A stretch of DNA of 35,652 bases from Chiloscyllium plagiosum. Taxonomy: Eukaryota. The notes under the pieces were generated by a model, which ran no database searches, was not told the origin of the DNA, and saw only the letters and a program-made list of their open reading frames with translations. The stretch spans positions 33,638-69,289 of the forward strand of contig NW_025215188.1 in the NCBI RefSeq assembly GCF_004010195.1, given 5' to 3'. Numbering within the stretch: position 1 is the first letter of the stretch; every line of letters starts with the position of its first letter. Positions 1 to 11,982 of the stretch are shown in pieces. The position numbers and the translations under genes were made by a program.

Positions 1-1886
1 AGGATGACCATTTCGTGTATAAGTCCTGCTTTGATTTGGCTTTCCAAAATGCAGTCCCTGACATCCATTTAAATTGACCTCCATCTGCCAATCCTCGGCC
101 CATTGGTCCATCTGAACAACATTGTGTTTCACACTGAGGAAACCTTCTTCGCTGTCCACAGCAACTCAAATTTTGGTGTCAGCTGCCAACTTACTAACGA
201 TACCTCCTATGTTCACATCCAAATAACTGAAAGAAATGATGAAAATCAGTGGAACTAGCACCGATCGTTGTGGCACACCACTGGTCACAGGCCTCGAATC
301 TGAAAAGCAACACTCCAACACCACGATCTGTCTACTACCTTTGAACGAGCTCACTATAGAATTGGCTGGTTGTCCCTGTACTCCATGTGATCTAACCTTG
401 CTAACCAATCTATCATGAGGAAGCTTTGCGAATGCCTTACTGAAGTCCATATGGACAATGTCTAATGTTCTGCTCTCATCAATTCTCTTCTTACTTCTTC
501 AAAAAAACAATCAATTTCGTGAGACATGAATTCCCGTACACAAAGCCATGTTGTCTATCCCTTATCAATCCTTGCCTATACAAACACTTGTAAATCCTAT
601 CCCTCCGGATTCCGTCCAACTAATTGCCCAGGACCGATGTCAGGCTCACCAGCCTATAGTTCACTGGATTTCCCTCACCACCTTTCTTAAATATCACACC
701 ACGTAAGCCAACCTCCAGCATTCTGTGACGTCACCTGAAACTATTAATGATCTAAGAATCTCAAAAAGGGGGCAGCCATGTTTGGAAAGCTAAAATCCAT
801 TACCATTACCATTCTATTATTCTTACAGTTAACTGATATGTCTTTACAATTTCTTTTTCTCAACTTCCCACTAACTATTGCGGGTGGGATCCTTAGTGCA
901 ATTGCAATGAGATGATCATTCCTTTCATATTTCTAAGTTCTACTGAAATAACTTGCCCAGACGTTTTCCCAGGAATATCCTGCTTAAGTCCAACAGTAAC
1001 GCTATCCCTTCACATAAACGCAATTCCCACTCCTCAATTGCTGCCCCATTCCTGCTTACACTATTTGTACCCTGCAAAACTAAATTGCCATATTTGCCCA
1101 TCCCTGAGCCACGTCTGTATAACTGTGATGATATCTCAGTCCTATGTTCTTAACCATGCCCTGAGTTAATTTTCCTTCCTTGTTAGTTATCTTGTGCTTG
1201 AATACGTTTGTCAGTCCGACCTCGTTCTCTGCTTTGTTCCTGTGTGCCCTGACTGCTTGACTTGGTCCTTGTCCCATCTGTACCAGACTCAGACTGATCT
1301 CTTATCTCACTATCTTACACCAATCTCCGACCCCCTCCCGCCTCACACCGACCTTACAAGTTATAATCATCGTGAGCAGCACCAGCAAATCTCCCTTTGA
1401 TATACTCGCCCTTTTCCAATTTAGTCGCAATCTGTCACCCTTATACAGGTCACTTCTACCGAAGTAGAAATTCCAATTATATAAAAATGCGAACACGCCT
1501 GCCATGCACTAGCTCCTCAGCCACACATCCATCTGCTCTACAATTCTATTCATCTGCTCACTTGATCATGGTACCGAGAGAAATCCAGAATTTACTCTCC
1601 TCAAGGACCTCCTTTTAAATTCCTGCCAAACTTACATTCTGGAGAATTTCATCCTTTCTTCCCTTCCTATTTCGTTAGTTCCAATGTGCATAATGACCTC
1701 CTGCTGGTCCCTCCCTCTTTGAGAGTATTCTGCTCCTTCTCTGAGTTATCCTTGATCCTGGCACCACCGTGGCAACACACCATTCTGATTTCTCCCTCTT
1801 AGCCACAGAAACATCAATTTATGCCTCTGACTACACATTCCCCGATCACAATCGATTGATTGGAACCGGAGGTAGCCTTCATTATG
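1..1886 (-). mobile_element. CR1-clade LINE (outer element), decayed: RT region, endonuclease N-terminus and ORF1 esterase domain; runs off the left edge
   Basis: ORF 166-450 (MDFSKAF..PHDRL..VTSGVPQRSVL..KLAADTKI) has CR1 RT motifs. About 900-1200 on minus reads as a decayed APE N-terminus. About 1330-1860 resembles the SGNH esterase of CR1 ORF1 (RMVCC..GARIKD..VIMHIGTNEIG). There is an internal deletion near 770-880. Confidence 0.85.
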
Positions 1887-1891
1887 TTAGA

Positions 1892-4800
1892 ACATCGAAC
1901 ATTACGGTCCAGTTCAATATTTTCGGAACTCAATGTTGTGCCGACCTGGGAAATCAGTCTCAAACCCATCGAACCTACACTCTTTCATTTTCATCCACGT
2001 GTTTATCCAATAACCATTCGAATGTCCTTAACGCTGACAAACTGCTACGTTTGTAGGCAATGCATTCCACGCCGTTACTACTCTGAGTGAAGGAACCTCC
2101 TCTGACATCTGTCCTCTATCTATCACACCTCAATTTGAAGACATGTCCCGATGTGCTAGCTATCACTATCCGAGGAAACATGCTCTCACTGTCGACCCTA
2201 TTTAACCCCCTGATAATCTTATGTGTCTGAAGTAAGTCACCTCTCCACCTTCTCTGTAATGAAAACAGCCTCACGTCCCTCAGCCATTCTTCATAGGACT
2301 TCCATTTATACCAGGAAACATCCTAGTACATCTCCTCTGAACCCTTTCTGGATCTTCCACATTCTTCCTCTCATGCAGTGACCACAACTTTATGCAATAC
2401 TCCAAGTGCAGCCGCACCAGAGTTTTGCACAGCTACAACATGACTTCATGGCTCCGAAAATCAATCCCTCTCCAAATAAAAGCTAACACACTATATGCCT
2501 TCTTAACAACCTGATCAACCTGAGTGGCACCTTTCAGGGATCTATGCACATGGACACCGAGATCTCTCCGCTCGGCGACACTAAAAGAATCTCACCATTA
2601 GCCCAGTACTCTGTATTCCTGTTGATCCTTCCAAAGTCAAATCCCTCACAATTTTCCGCCTAATCCACCATTTGCCATCTCTCAGCCCAGCTCTAAAGCT
2701 TATCTATGTCACCCTTTAACGTGCAGCATCATTCTGCATTCTCCACAACTCCATCGACCTTAGGATCATCTGCAAAATCACTAACCCATTCTTCTACGCC
2801 CTCATTCACGTCATTTGTAAAAATAACAAACAGCATTGGAGTAGCCCCAAAACAGATCCTTGTTGTATGCCACTTGCAACTGAACTTCAGGATGGAAATT
2901 TCCCTTCAACAACCACCTTCCGTCCTCTTTCAAATAGCCAATTTCTGACCCAAACGGACAAATCACCCTTAATCCGATGCCTCCGTATTTTCAGAAATAG
3001 CCTACCGTGGGGAACCTTATCAAACAACTTACTGAAATTCATATACACTTCGTGAACAGGTAAACCCTCGTTCACCTGCTTAGTCACCTTCTCAAAGAAC
3101 TAATTAAGTTTTGTGAAGCCTGATCTACCCTTTTAGAAACTAATCAACTTATTGCAAGATGATTATAAATTCAATCTCTGACAACCTCGTCAATAGTTTA
3201 CCCAGAACCGAAGTAAGGCTCACAGGTTTATACTCACTAGGGTATTCTCTGCTCCCCTTCTTGAGCAAAGGGAGAATATTTGCTAACCTTCAGTCTTACA
3301 CACAATTCCTGTTGACAATGACGTCATAAATATTAAATCAAAAGGCTGTCCAATGTCCTCCCCGGCGTCGCAAAAAATGCGAAGATACTTTCCATCCAGC
3401 CTTGGGAACTTCTCTATTTTCACACTTTCCAGAATTACTAAAACGTCCTCCTTGTGAACCTCAGTCCATCCAGAAAAGGAGCCTATGTCTCAGTATTCTC
3501 ATCACGATTGTCTTTTTTCCAGTGTGAATACTGATGAAAAGTATTCATTTGGCGTTTCTCCTATCACCTCAGACTCCATGCAAAACTTCCCACTGTTGTC
3601 CTTGATTGATTCTACTCTAACCGGAGTCATTCTTTTAATCTTGACATACTTACAGAAATCTTTAGTATTTCCTTGATTAGATCTGTGAACGACTTCACAT
3701 ACCCCCTTCTGGCTCTTCTTAGCTCTCTCTTTGAGTCTTCCCTGCTAACTTGTAACATCCAAGCACCCTAACTGAACCGTCACGTTTCATCCTCACATAA
3801 ACCTTCTTCTTCCTCCTGACAAGAGATTCAGCTTCTTTAGTAAACACCGCTCCCTCGATCGAACATCTTTTACCTGACTTACAGGTACATACTTGTCAAG
3901 AAACCCCAGTAGCTGTTCCTTGAATATGCTCCACATTTCAATTGTGCCCACCCCCTTTTGTTTCCTTCCCCAACCTCTGTAACCAAAATCTTGCCTAATT
4001 GCATCATAATTGCCTTTTCCCCAGCTATTATTGTTGCCTTGCGATATATACCTCTCCCTTTCCTTGACCGAAACATATCAGAAGTGTGATGTCACTATCA
4101 CCAAAGTGTTCACCTTTCTCCAAAACTAAGACATGGCCGAGTTCATTATCCCTTACCAAAGTTAATGTGGCCTTACCCCTTGTTGGCCTGTCTGCATACC
4201 GTGTCAGGAATCACTCCTGCACACATTGGGTAAAAACTGACCAATCTAAAGCACTCAAACTATAATGCTTCCAGTCAATAATTGGAAAGTTAAATCCCAC
4301 ATAACACTCACCCTGTTCCACTCGCTCCTGTCCAGAATTACCTTTGCTATCGTTCGTCTACATTTCTGGGAATATTCAAAGGCCTATGAAAAACTCCCAA
4401 CAGAGTGGTCTCTCCTTTCCTGTTTCTAACCTCAGCCCATACTAACTCAGTAGGAGAGTACTCCATTGTCCTTTGTACCAAGGTGGTACTGACCTTGACT
4501 AAAAATGCCACACACACACCCAACCCTTTAACCACCTTCCCTGTTCTTACTGACACACCTAAATCCTGGAACCTGCCAGAACTATTCCTGCCCCTGCTCT
4601 ATCCATGTCTCCGAAATCGCCACAACGTCGAAGTCCCAGGTACGAACCCATGCTGCAAGTTCACCCACCGTATTCCAGATGCTCCTGGCATTGAAGAAGG
4701 CACCACCTTCCTGACTGCCAGTGTGCTTTTGCGACCTTGAAACTTTATTTCAGACCTCATTCCTTTCAACCGAATAAATAGATTACCTCACTTACTCAGC

Positions 4801-4914
4801 AGTGCCTCACCTGCTCCTGCTCATTGTGCGCTCCGCCAATTCAAGAGGCAAATTTGTATAATTTTGAATTTGCCCTCCCGACATGCCCTGGTCCTCACTG
4901 TGCAGAGCGCTGAA
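1892..4914 (-). mobile_element. CR1 LINE nested in ORF1 of the outer CR1; near-complete decayed ORF2 with 3' tail
   Basis: The reverse-complement tail agaacatcgaacattac lies at ~1889-1905. RT motifs (VYMNFSKLFDKVPHGRL) occur in 2887-3087 and endonuclease motifs (ELVWAEVRNRKGETTLLGVFHRP) in 4347-4556. TTAGA flanks the element at 1887-1891 and 4915-4919 as a candidate TSD. Confidence 0.85.
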
Positions 4915-5880
4915 TTAGAGCCAGTCTCGTACCAGAAACTTGGCTATTCGTTCTGCATTCGCCTTTGAGTCCATCACCGCACATTTTCCAAAACAGCATA
5001 CATGTACGAGATGGGGATAGCCACAGAAGACTCCTGCACATTTCCTGGATGTAACCCAACCACCTAACTGTATCTGCAGTTGTTCACCCTTCGTATAACT
5101 GCCATACATCACAACCGCCAGCTCCTGCAAATTCTTCATTGCCTCCAACAATCTCTCAATCTGATCGACGCAATGTCATACGATTCCCAACCAAACACCC
5201 TTACAGTAGATGCAATTATCAATAACATGGAATGTCTCCCTAATCTACCACATCCAACCGGAATAGTACATCACTATACTAAAAAACAACTTTGCACCTA
5301 AACAATCTGTAGCCCCAGAAAATGCCACAGTTTATCTGCTCGAAAAGACACTGCTCCAGGCTAACCTAGGGGCTTTGTCTCGTACTTTTAAATTTTAATC
5401 AAGAGAAAGATCTCAATAAAACATAAAAACAAAAAGAACCCAGTCACTTCACTATTGTAGATTCAGACACAAAAGTCAGCAACGTTGCACTTAAAAATCA
5501 TGCACGTATCTGCTCCTGTGCTGTGAACCTTCCCAACATATTCAGCTGTAATTTTTGCTGTTTTTTTATAGATGCACTTCAATGGCCAGAAGTCCATGAC
5601 TCAAACAGGAAAGGCAGCAGCTGTGCTGATTCGCTGCTATGTCATGCAGCAGTGCAGGATCTGTCGCCCTCTCTTCCTCACTGACCATGCTGTCTGTACC
5701 TTTGTCTGGCTTCCTCCTTCTTTACAGTGCTGCTGTTTTGAACTTTCTTTTCTCCAAAGTTCCAAAACAATGCAATAGCATATAAATCAATCATTCCTGT
5801 TCCAGCTCAAGTCAGCTCCAACACCTAAACAACCGGAAACAAGGAGGAAGCCTTGCACTCCGTTCTCCATCTCAAATACC
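4915..5880 (-). mobile_element. 5' part of the outer CR1: ORF1 N-terminus (Cys-rich/coiled-coil) and 5' UTR
   Basis: ORF 4915-5151 (LEAMKNLQELAVVMYGSY..) resembles the CR1 ORF1 coiled-coil region and continues the ORF1 interrupted at 1887. The 5' boundary is inferred from where paralogy with unit B resumes (~5885-5910). Confidence 0.7.
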
Positions 5881-6649
5881 CAGACTCGTTAGGTCACTAT
5901 ATTACCAAACCACGAGTTGTTGCACTTGAGAAGATGCAATTGTTTGATGGAGAATCCTAATAGAGCTGAAAAAGATTTGTTTCATCATCAAAGGGACAAA
6001 CCGCTATCTACGTCCTCTCTGCGACGATGAGCTGAGCATCTGTTAACTCACACAGCCCTCATAGCTTGGTATGGAAATTCATTGTCATGTTGATCAAATG
6101 TTCCAATTTTACGTGTATGTTCAGTCAGCAAACAAAGCAAAATTCAAATAGGGAGATTTGTTCTTTTTTAAATTCCATTCTCTGCATTGTCCGATCAAAT
6201 ACAATGCGCTTACTGTTATTTTATGAATGAATTACGCAAAGCTAAACAAAGCAGATTACAATACTGCAACTACTGAATGTGGCTGCTCCAATCCCTGTAT
6301 AATAATATATAACATAATTAAAATCGAGTCTCTCTGACTCTTAATTGCATTCTTAGCATGTCAGAGGCAATTAACATTTCAAGCAATAATCTAAACACCC
6401 AGCAGGTCATCGACGGGACAAAATGTCACATCACTTCTTTTAAAAAGTGCTTCATTTTGCAATGAGAATAACTAAGTAAGACAAGCAATTTTATCCTAAG
6501 GATCGAATTGATAAATTCTGATTTCCTAAACTTAAGATTCTTCCTCCACAGGACAAATTACTTCTGGCTTTGTAAAAGCTACGAAGATAAAACACTTCTT
6601 CAGAGAACAATGTGAATGTCACCACTCGACAGTGTTTCATTGATCCTTT

Positions 6650-7270
6650 AGAACTCGTTCAAACGTAAAACACAGAAAAAGGCCATTCAGCCCACCACGT
6701 GAAGTCAATTAAGCACTGCTCAGCCTTTCTGAAATTCCTCAGACCTGTAGGAAAGTCATGGCACTCAAACAGGTTTTCCATGTCTGCATCAAATGAATAA
6801 ACTCGTGACCTTTTCTGATTACATATTCTAGTAGCTGGTCCAACGTTTGGAAAGTTCACTCACATCAGTTTCAGATCCAGGTTCCCTCCAAATGAGTTGA
6901 CGTTTGCAACCTCAAGTCCAGCCCAAACTGGCAGTGAATTCCAGACATTCCGTCATCTTCTGGTTGAAAGGGTAATCCTCATGTACCCTGTAACACAGTA
7001 CTTCAATAAATTTTATTTATTCTGTGTCCCCTGCTAAACGGTCCTGCATTCGGGGTGACAGGTCTCAAGAGAAGCCCCTGATTATTTTGTGCACTTCAAT
7101 CTCATCACCTCTCATTCACCTCTGTTGGAGGAAAAATGACTGTAACCCGATCCATATTTTTCAATGCTGCAGTAATTCATACAAAATGGCAACATTCTTG
7201 TAACTTGCTTCGATACTTTCTTCAGTGCAATTCTGTTCAAACGGCTAGGTGATGACCAGTACTGTGGCTG
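6650..7270 (-). mobile_element. Old CR1/L2-type 3' remnant in the intron, partly shared with 26880-27350
   Basis: A reverse-complement tail-like motif (cacagaaaaaggccattcagccca) is followed by degenerate RT C-terminal sequence; heavily decayed. Confidence 0.5.
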
Positions 7271-8741
7271 CTGTGAGTCACCGAAGGACTCATGTACAGG
7301 TCAGGCAGGAGTGGGGGAATTTGTTTTGTGGTGGCAATGTTGCAGCGTGAGAGAGCAGTAATATAGAATTACATTTCAGTCTGAATGCATGATCAGATTC
7401 TCGGGCAATAAATGGAACTGGAGATGTATAGTTGGGGCACAGTCTGATTGACTTGCGGTGTTAGTCTCTCAGATACTCAGGAATTAGGCTACGTGTTTAA
7501 ATGCCTTACTTCTTTACTGAAACGGACTGATTAATTACAGAAAAGGCCAGAGGACCAACAGAATTCTTGCTTGATTGATCACAACCTTATTTGTTTTGAT
7601 TTAACAAAGATATATCTTGCTGAATCATTAACACAACATGCTATAAATATTGCTTACACAACAAAACAGACACTTATTCCACAACAAATGATGATAAAAT
7701 AGAATAAACCAAACTATAGACATATAACACAGATTCAAAGGCACACAGTAAATGTATAATTCTAATTAATGTCAAGAGAGTGCACAAATGAATGAAAGAA
7801 TGTGACTTTTATATCTTATAGAAGCCACAACTCCCAGTGCCGTTCCAAAGAAAATATCCCTTGTATAATACTCACACCAGAATACCTGTGTCTAACACTT
7901 GGATGAACGACTGGTGACTTCCTTTTTTTTTACCTGAAGTGCAGTAAACCTCTTCCTGGAACTACCACACAGCTAATTATTTTTGTACTCAGCTTTAAGT
8001 AATCTCTTCAGATTTTGTTTTTATCCGAACATTTCTATCTGAGACCAACACGAAATTTTCACTCCAATGTAATGTCGTTGACTAAATCTCTCATTCCCTT
8101 CTCATCAGTACAGATCTACATCCACGCATTTCCAGGTCTTACAAAGACTAACAGTATAATTACAGTTAAGGGTTTTGTTCTAAATCCCAGATTCCAGAAC
8201 TCTCCAACAAATGTTCAACGCTCCAATACTACCATGCAGGTTTGCACACAATCAAAATTAACAAAAGTTCATTCGTGCACAAAACCATTCAGCCGACATA
8301 CAGGCGTCAAACGCAGTTTATAAAACAAATTGCTTTGATTACATAAAATCCTACAAGTTTGCAAGAGAAGACCATTGCTTATTGACTCAAAATCCAGAAC
8401 CAAACTCATTTGAAACGTTATTGTACTCTCTACATAAAAAAATACAACTGTTTATATTCTTGCAAAGTTATTGCTTTCCTTACTTCCATCGAAACTCTCC
8501 ATAACCTCCGATTGAAATGGAGATTTCTAGAAGTTTCCCAGAACAGATGAATAATTATATCCAATTTCCCAGGCGATTCCTGTGGATTATGTATGGTCCA
8601 TGTAATCTGATTAAACTGCGGATCATCTGTCTCTGTGTGAGAGTGGCCACAACATGCCCATGTATCATTTTCAATGGCAGAGTGAAACTGGAGGGAAACC
8701 TCAGAGAAATTCACACAAAGTCAAATGTGCAAGGCACTCAC

Positions 8742-8793
8742 AATGAATTATTACAACTGGAAAGGTCGTGTAATATATTTTCCGCAGCTGGCT
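8742..8793 (-). pseudogene. GPR139-like GPCR copy A, exon 1 (A1): start codon deleted, splice donor intact
   Basis: Minus strand reads SQLRKIYYTTFPVVIIH plus 1 nt, then GTGAGT (8736-8741), a phase-1 donor. Relative to 9630-9693 it lacks 14 nt (tgaagtttacattt) including the TG of the ATG. It is positionally homologous to 28897-28938. Confidence 0.7.
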
Positions 8794-8850
8794 TTTTCTT
8801 CGTGAGTCTCTTTGTGCAAATCTGAGGAGCAATAATCCCAAAACCTTTCA

Positions 8851-8856
8851 TTTATA
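8851..8856 (-). promoter_or_regulatory. Putative TATA box of copy A1
   Basis: CAGCAGGTATAAA is conserved in all three exon-1 copies, about 57-76 nt upstream of the ATG position. Confidence 0.55.
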
Positions 8857-9037
8857 CCTGCTGGCATTGCCTGGGAGACTGTTGCATGACACCGTGGTTC
8901 AATTCGTTTATTTAAGAATTTGAACAAATGGGTGACAGTGATGAGCTCACTCCCAGTTGTGACGGAATATTTTTATTCTTTGATGCAAATCTCAATCGGT
9001 TAATAGCAAACATTTAAAAATACATATTGAGCTAATT

Positions 9038-9169
9038 CATAAGATCACTACAATGCGGAAACAGACCAATTGGCCCATCGAGTTCACACTGACTCTGCGA
9101 AGGGCATCCAACACAGACACGACCAGTGGTTCTGTGAGGCAACAGGGTTAATCACTGAGCCTCTATGCC
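9038..9169 (-). mobile_element. HE1-like tRNA-derived SINE with a large internal deletion (second copy at 9937-10066)
   Basis: The reverse complement of the head (ggca..gaggctcagtgattaaccctgttgcctcacag) is joined directly to a CR1-derived tail (gatgggccaattggtctgtttccgcattgtag). Confidence 0.7.
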
Positions 9170-9411
9170 ATGATACTTACCAGCAATGATACCCTAACAT
9201 CATCCATCCAACTTTGGAATCTTATTTCACATCATATCGTCATGAACTTGACAGTGACCATTTGGACATTAATTTCCCGTTGTTGACCGTTTATCTGAGA
9301 GATATTCTCTTTAACATTTGGCCATGGCTTCTCTGTTTAACAGCAGTTGTTGCATGAAGGGATCATAGCTGCTGACTGGAGACAGCAAATTTTAGTCTTC
9401 ACAAATTCAAT

Positions 9412-9629
9412 CACTATCGAAACAGAAAATGTTGGCGAGGAAGATACAGAGGTACTTGTATCCTGACTGGAAGAGATTGAGGTTCACAAGGAAGAGGTAT
9501 TAGAAATACTGCAGAATGGGAACATTGACAAGTCCCCTGGGCCGGATGATATCCATCCTAGGATCCTTTGGGAAGCAAGGGAAGAGATTGCCGTGCCTTT
9601 GGCATTGATCTTGAAATCATCATTGTCTA
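9412..9629 (+). mobile_element. CR1 ORF2 fragment, a duplicate of 10309-10526
   Basis: Encodes DKSPGPDDIHPRILWEAREEIA and is nearly identical to the start of the CR1 at 10309. Confidence 0.9.
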
Positions 9630-9693
9630 GAATTATTACAACTGGAAGGGTCGTTTGATATATTTTCCGCAGCTGGCTAAATGTAAACTTCAT
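9630..9693 (-). pseudogene. GPR139-like copy A, duplicated exon 1 (A2): ATG intact, donor lost, fused to antisense CR1
   Basis: ATG at 9693 gives MKFTFSQLRKIYQTTLPVVII. The exon is cut 3 nt before the donor position by the duplication junction, and the frame stays open into antisense CR1 to a stop at 9484. Confidence 0.7.
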
Positions 9694-9749
9694 TTTCTTC
9701 GTGAATCTCTTTGTGCAAAGCTGAGGAGCTATAATCCCAAAGCATTTCA

Positions 9750-9755
9750 TTTATA
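9750..9755 (-). promoter_or_regulatory. Putative TATA box of copy A2
   Basis: GGTATAAA lies ~57 nt upstream of ATG 9693 and is conserved with 8851 and 29014. Confidence 0.55.
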
Positions 9756-10308
9756 CCTGCTGGCATTGCCTGGGGGACTGTTGCATGACAACCTGGTTCA
9801 ATTCGTTTATTTAAGAATTTGAACAAAGGGGTGACAGTGATGAGTTAACTCCCAGTTGTGACGGAATATTTTTATTCTTTGATGCAAATCTCCATCGGTT
9901 AATAGCAAACATTGAAAAATGCATATTGATAAAATTCATAAGATCACTACAATGCGGAAACAGACCAATTGGCCCATCGAGTTCGCACTGATTCTGCGAA
10001 GGGCATCCAACACAGACACGACCAGTAGTGCTGTGAGGCAGCAGGGTTAATCAGAGCCTCTGTGCCATGATCCTTACCAGCAATGATACTCTAACACCAT
10101 CCATCCAACTTTGGAATCTTATTTCACATCATATCGTCATGAACTTGACAGTGACCATTTGGACATTAATTTCCCGTTGTTGACAGTTGCTCTGAGAAAT
10201 GTTCTCTTTAACATTTGGCCATGGCTTCTCTGTTTAACAGCAGCTGTCGCATGAATCGATCATAGCTGCGGATTGGAGACATCAAATTTTAGTCTTCACA
10301 GATTCAAT

Positions 10309-11982
10309 CACTATCGAAAGAGAAAATGTTGGCGAGGAAGATACAGAGGTACTTGCATCTAGACTGGAAGAGATTGAGGTTCACAAGGAAGAGGTATTAG
10401 AAATACTGCAGAGTGGGAACATAGACAAGTCCCCTGGGCCGGATGAAATCCATCCTAGGATCCTTTGGGAAGCAAGGGAAGAGATTGCCGTGCCTTTGGC
10501 ATTGATCTTCAAATCATCATTGTCTACAGGAATAGTGCCTGAGGACTGAAGGATTGCAAATATGATTACCTTGTTCAAAAAGGGTAGTAGAGACAACCCT
10601 GGTGATAACAGACCAGTGAGTCTCACTTCAGTTGTTGGTAAAGTATTGGAAACGTTTATCAGAGATAGGAATTATAACCATCCAGAAAAGAAGAATCTGA
10701 TCAAGGACAGTCAGTACGGTATTGTGAAGGGTAGGTCATGTCGAACGAATCTTATTGACTTTTTTGACAAAGTGACCAAAAAGGTAGATGAGAGTAAACC
10801 AGTGGATGTGGTGTATATGGATTTCAGTAAGGCATTCGATAAGGTTCCCCACAATAGGCTACTATACAAAATGCAGAGGAATGTGATTGTGGGAGACATA
10901 GCAGCGTGGATCAGTAATTGGCTTGCTGAAAGAAAACAGATGATTGTAGTTGATGGGACATGTTCATTTTGGTGTTGAGTTACTAGCGGCGCACTGGAAG
11001 AGTCGTTGTTCGGTCCATTGTTGTTCGTCATTTTTATAAATGACCTGGAAGAGGGCTTAGAAGGGTGGGTTAGTAAATTTGCGGACGACAAAAAGGTCGG
11101 TGGAGTTGTGGGTAGTGACGAAGGATGCAATAGGTTTCAGAGAGACATAGTTAGGGTGCAGAGCTGGGCTGAGAGGTGGCAAATTGACTTTAATCTGGAC
11201 AATTGTGAGGTGATACACTTTGGCCAGAGTAAACGGAATGCAAAGTACTGGGAAAAATGTAGGGTTCTTGGGAGTGCAGATGAGCAGAGAGATCTCGGTG
11301 TACATGTACACAGATCCCTGAAAGTTGCCACCCAGATTGACAGAGTTGTTAAGAAGGCATGCATTTTTTTTGGCCTTTATTAATAGAGGGATTGAGTTTC
11401 GGAACCAGGAGGTTATGCTGCAGCTGTACAAAGCACTGGTCCGGCCACACTTGGAGTATTGTGTACAGTTCTGTTCACCACATAATAAGAAGGTTGTGGA
11501 AGTTTTGGAAAGGATGCAGAGTCGATTTACTAGGATTTTGCCTGGTATGGAAGAAATGTCTTACGAGGAAAGGCTGAGGGCCTTGAGGCTGTTCTTGTCA
11601 GAGAGAAGAAAGTTGAGAGGTGACTTAATAGAGATATGCAAGATAATCAGAAGATTAGATAGGGTGGACAGGGAGAGCCTTTTTCCAAGTATGGGGTCGG
11701 CAAACACGAGGGGACAAACTTTAAAGAGCGGGAGGACGGGTATAAGACTGATGTCAGAGGTAGTTTCGTTATTCAGAGAGAGCAAAGGTATGGAATGCTT
11801 TGCCTGCATCGTTGTAGTAGATTCGCCAAGTTTAAGTTCATTTAAGTCGTCATTGGACAGTCAAAAGGACGTACATGGAATCGTGCAGGTGGGATGGGCT
11901 TCAGATGAGTATGACAGGGCTGCACAACATCGAGAGCCGAAGGGCCTGTACTGCGCTGTCATGTTCTACGTTCTATGTTCTA
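10309..11982 (+). mobile_element. 5'-truncated CR1 (HER1-like) LINE, RT region to 3' tail, with stops and frameshifts
   Basis: ORFs 10562-10978 (RPVSLTSVVGK..VDVVYMDFSKAFDKVPH), 11006-11383 (GPLLFVIFINDL..SKFADD) and 11325-12014 ([16 protein letters not shown]), ending in the tail atgttctacgttctatgttcta. It is absent at the paralogous site ~29578. Confidence 0.95.

Larger units (their letters stand above)
8745..10526. repeat. Tandem duplication: 8745-9629 (885 bp) and 9630-10526 (897 bp)
   Basis: Both units start gaattattacaactggaa and end aaatcatcattgtcta. Each contains exon 1, TATA, a SINE and the 5' end of a CR1. Confidence 0.95.

Noticed and set aside
7500..8350. AT-rich intronic segment shared with 27590-28470 that may be an old LTR or other repeat
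   Set aside because: I could not define termini or a TSD, so it is left unannotated pending a RepeatMasker/Dfam search.
8430..8714. Paralogous ORFs 8430-8714 and 28527-28856 with similar N-termini (SLQFH)
   Set aside because: The similarity reflects duplicated intron DNA just downstream of the exon-1 donor, and the frame is not conserved beyond ~15 codons.
9120..9169. tRNA-like A-box sequence
   Set aside because: It is a degenerate SINE head with no cloverleaf.
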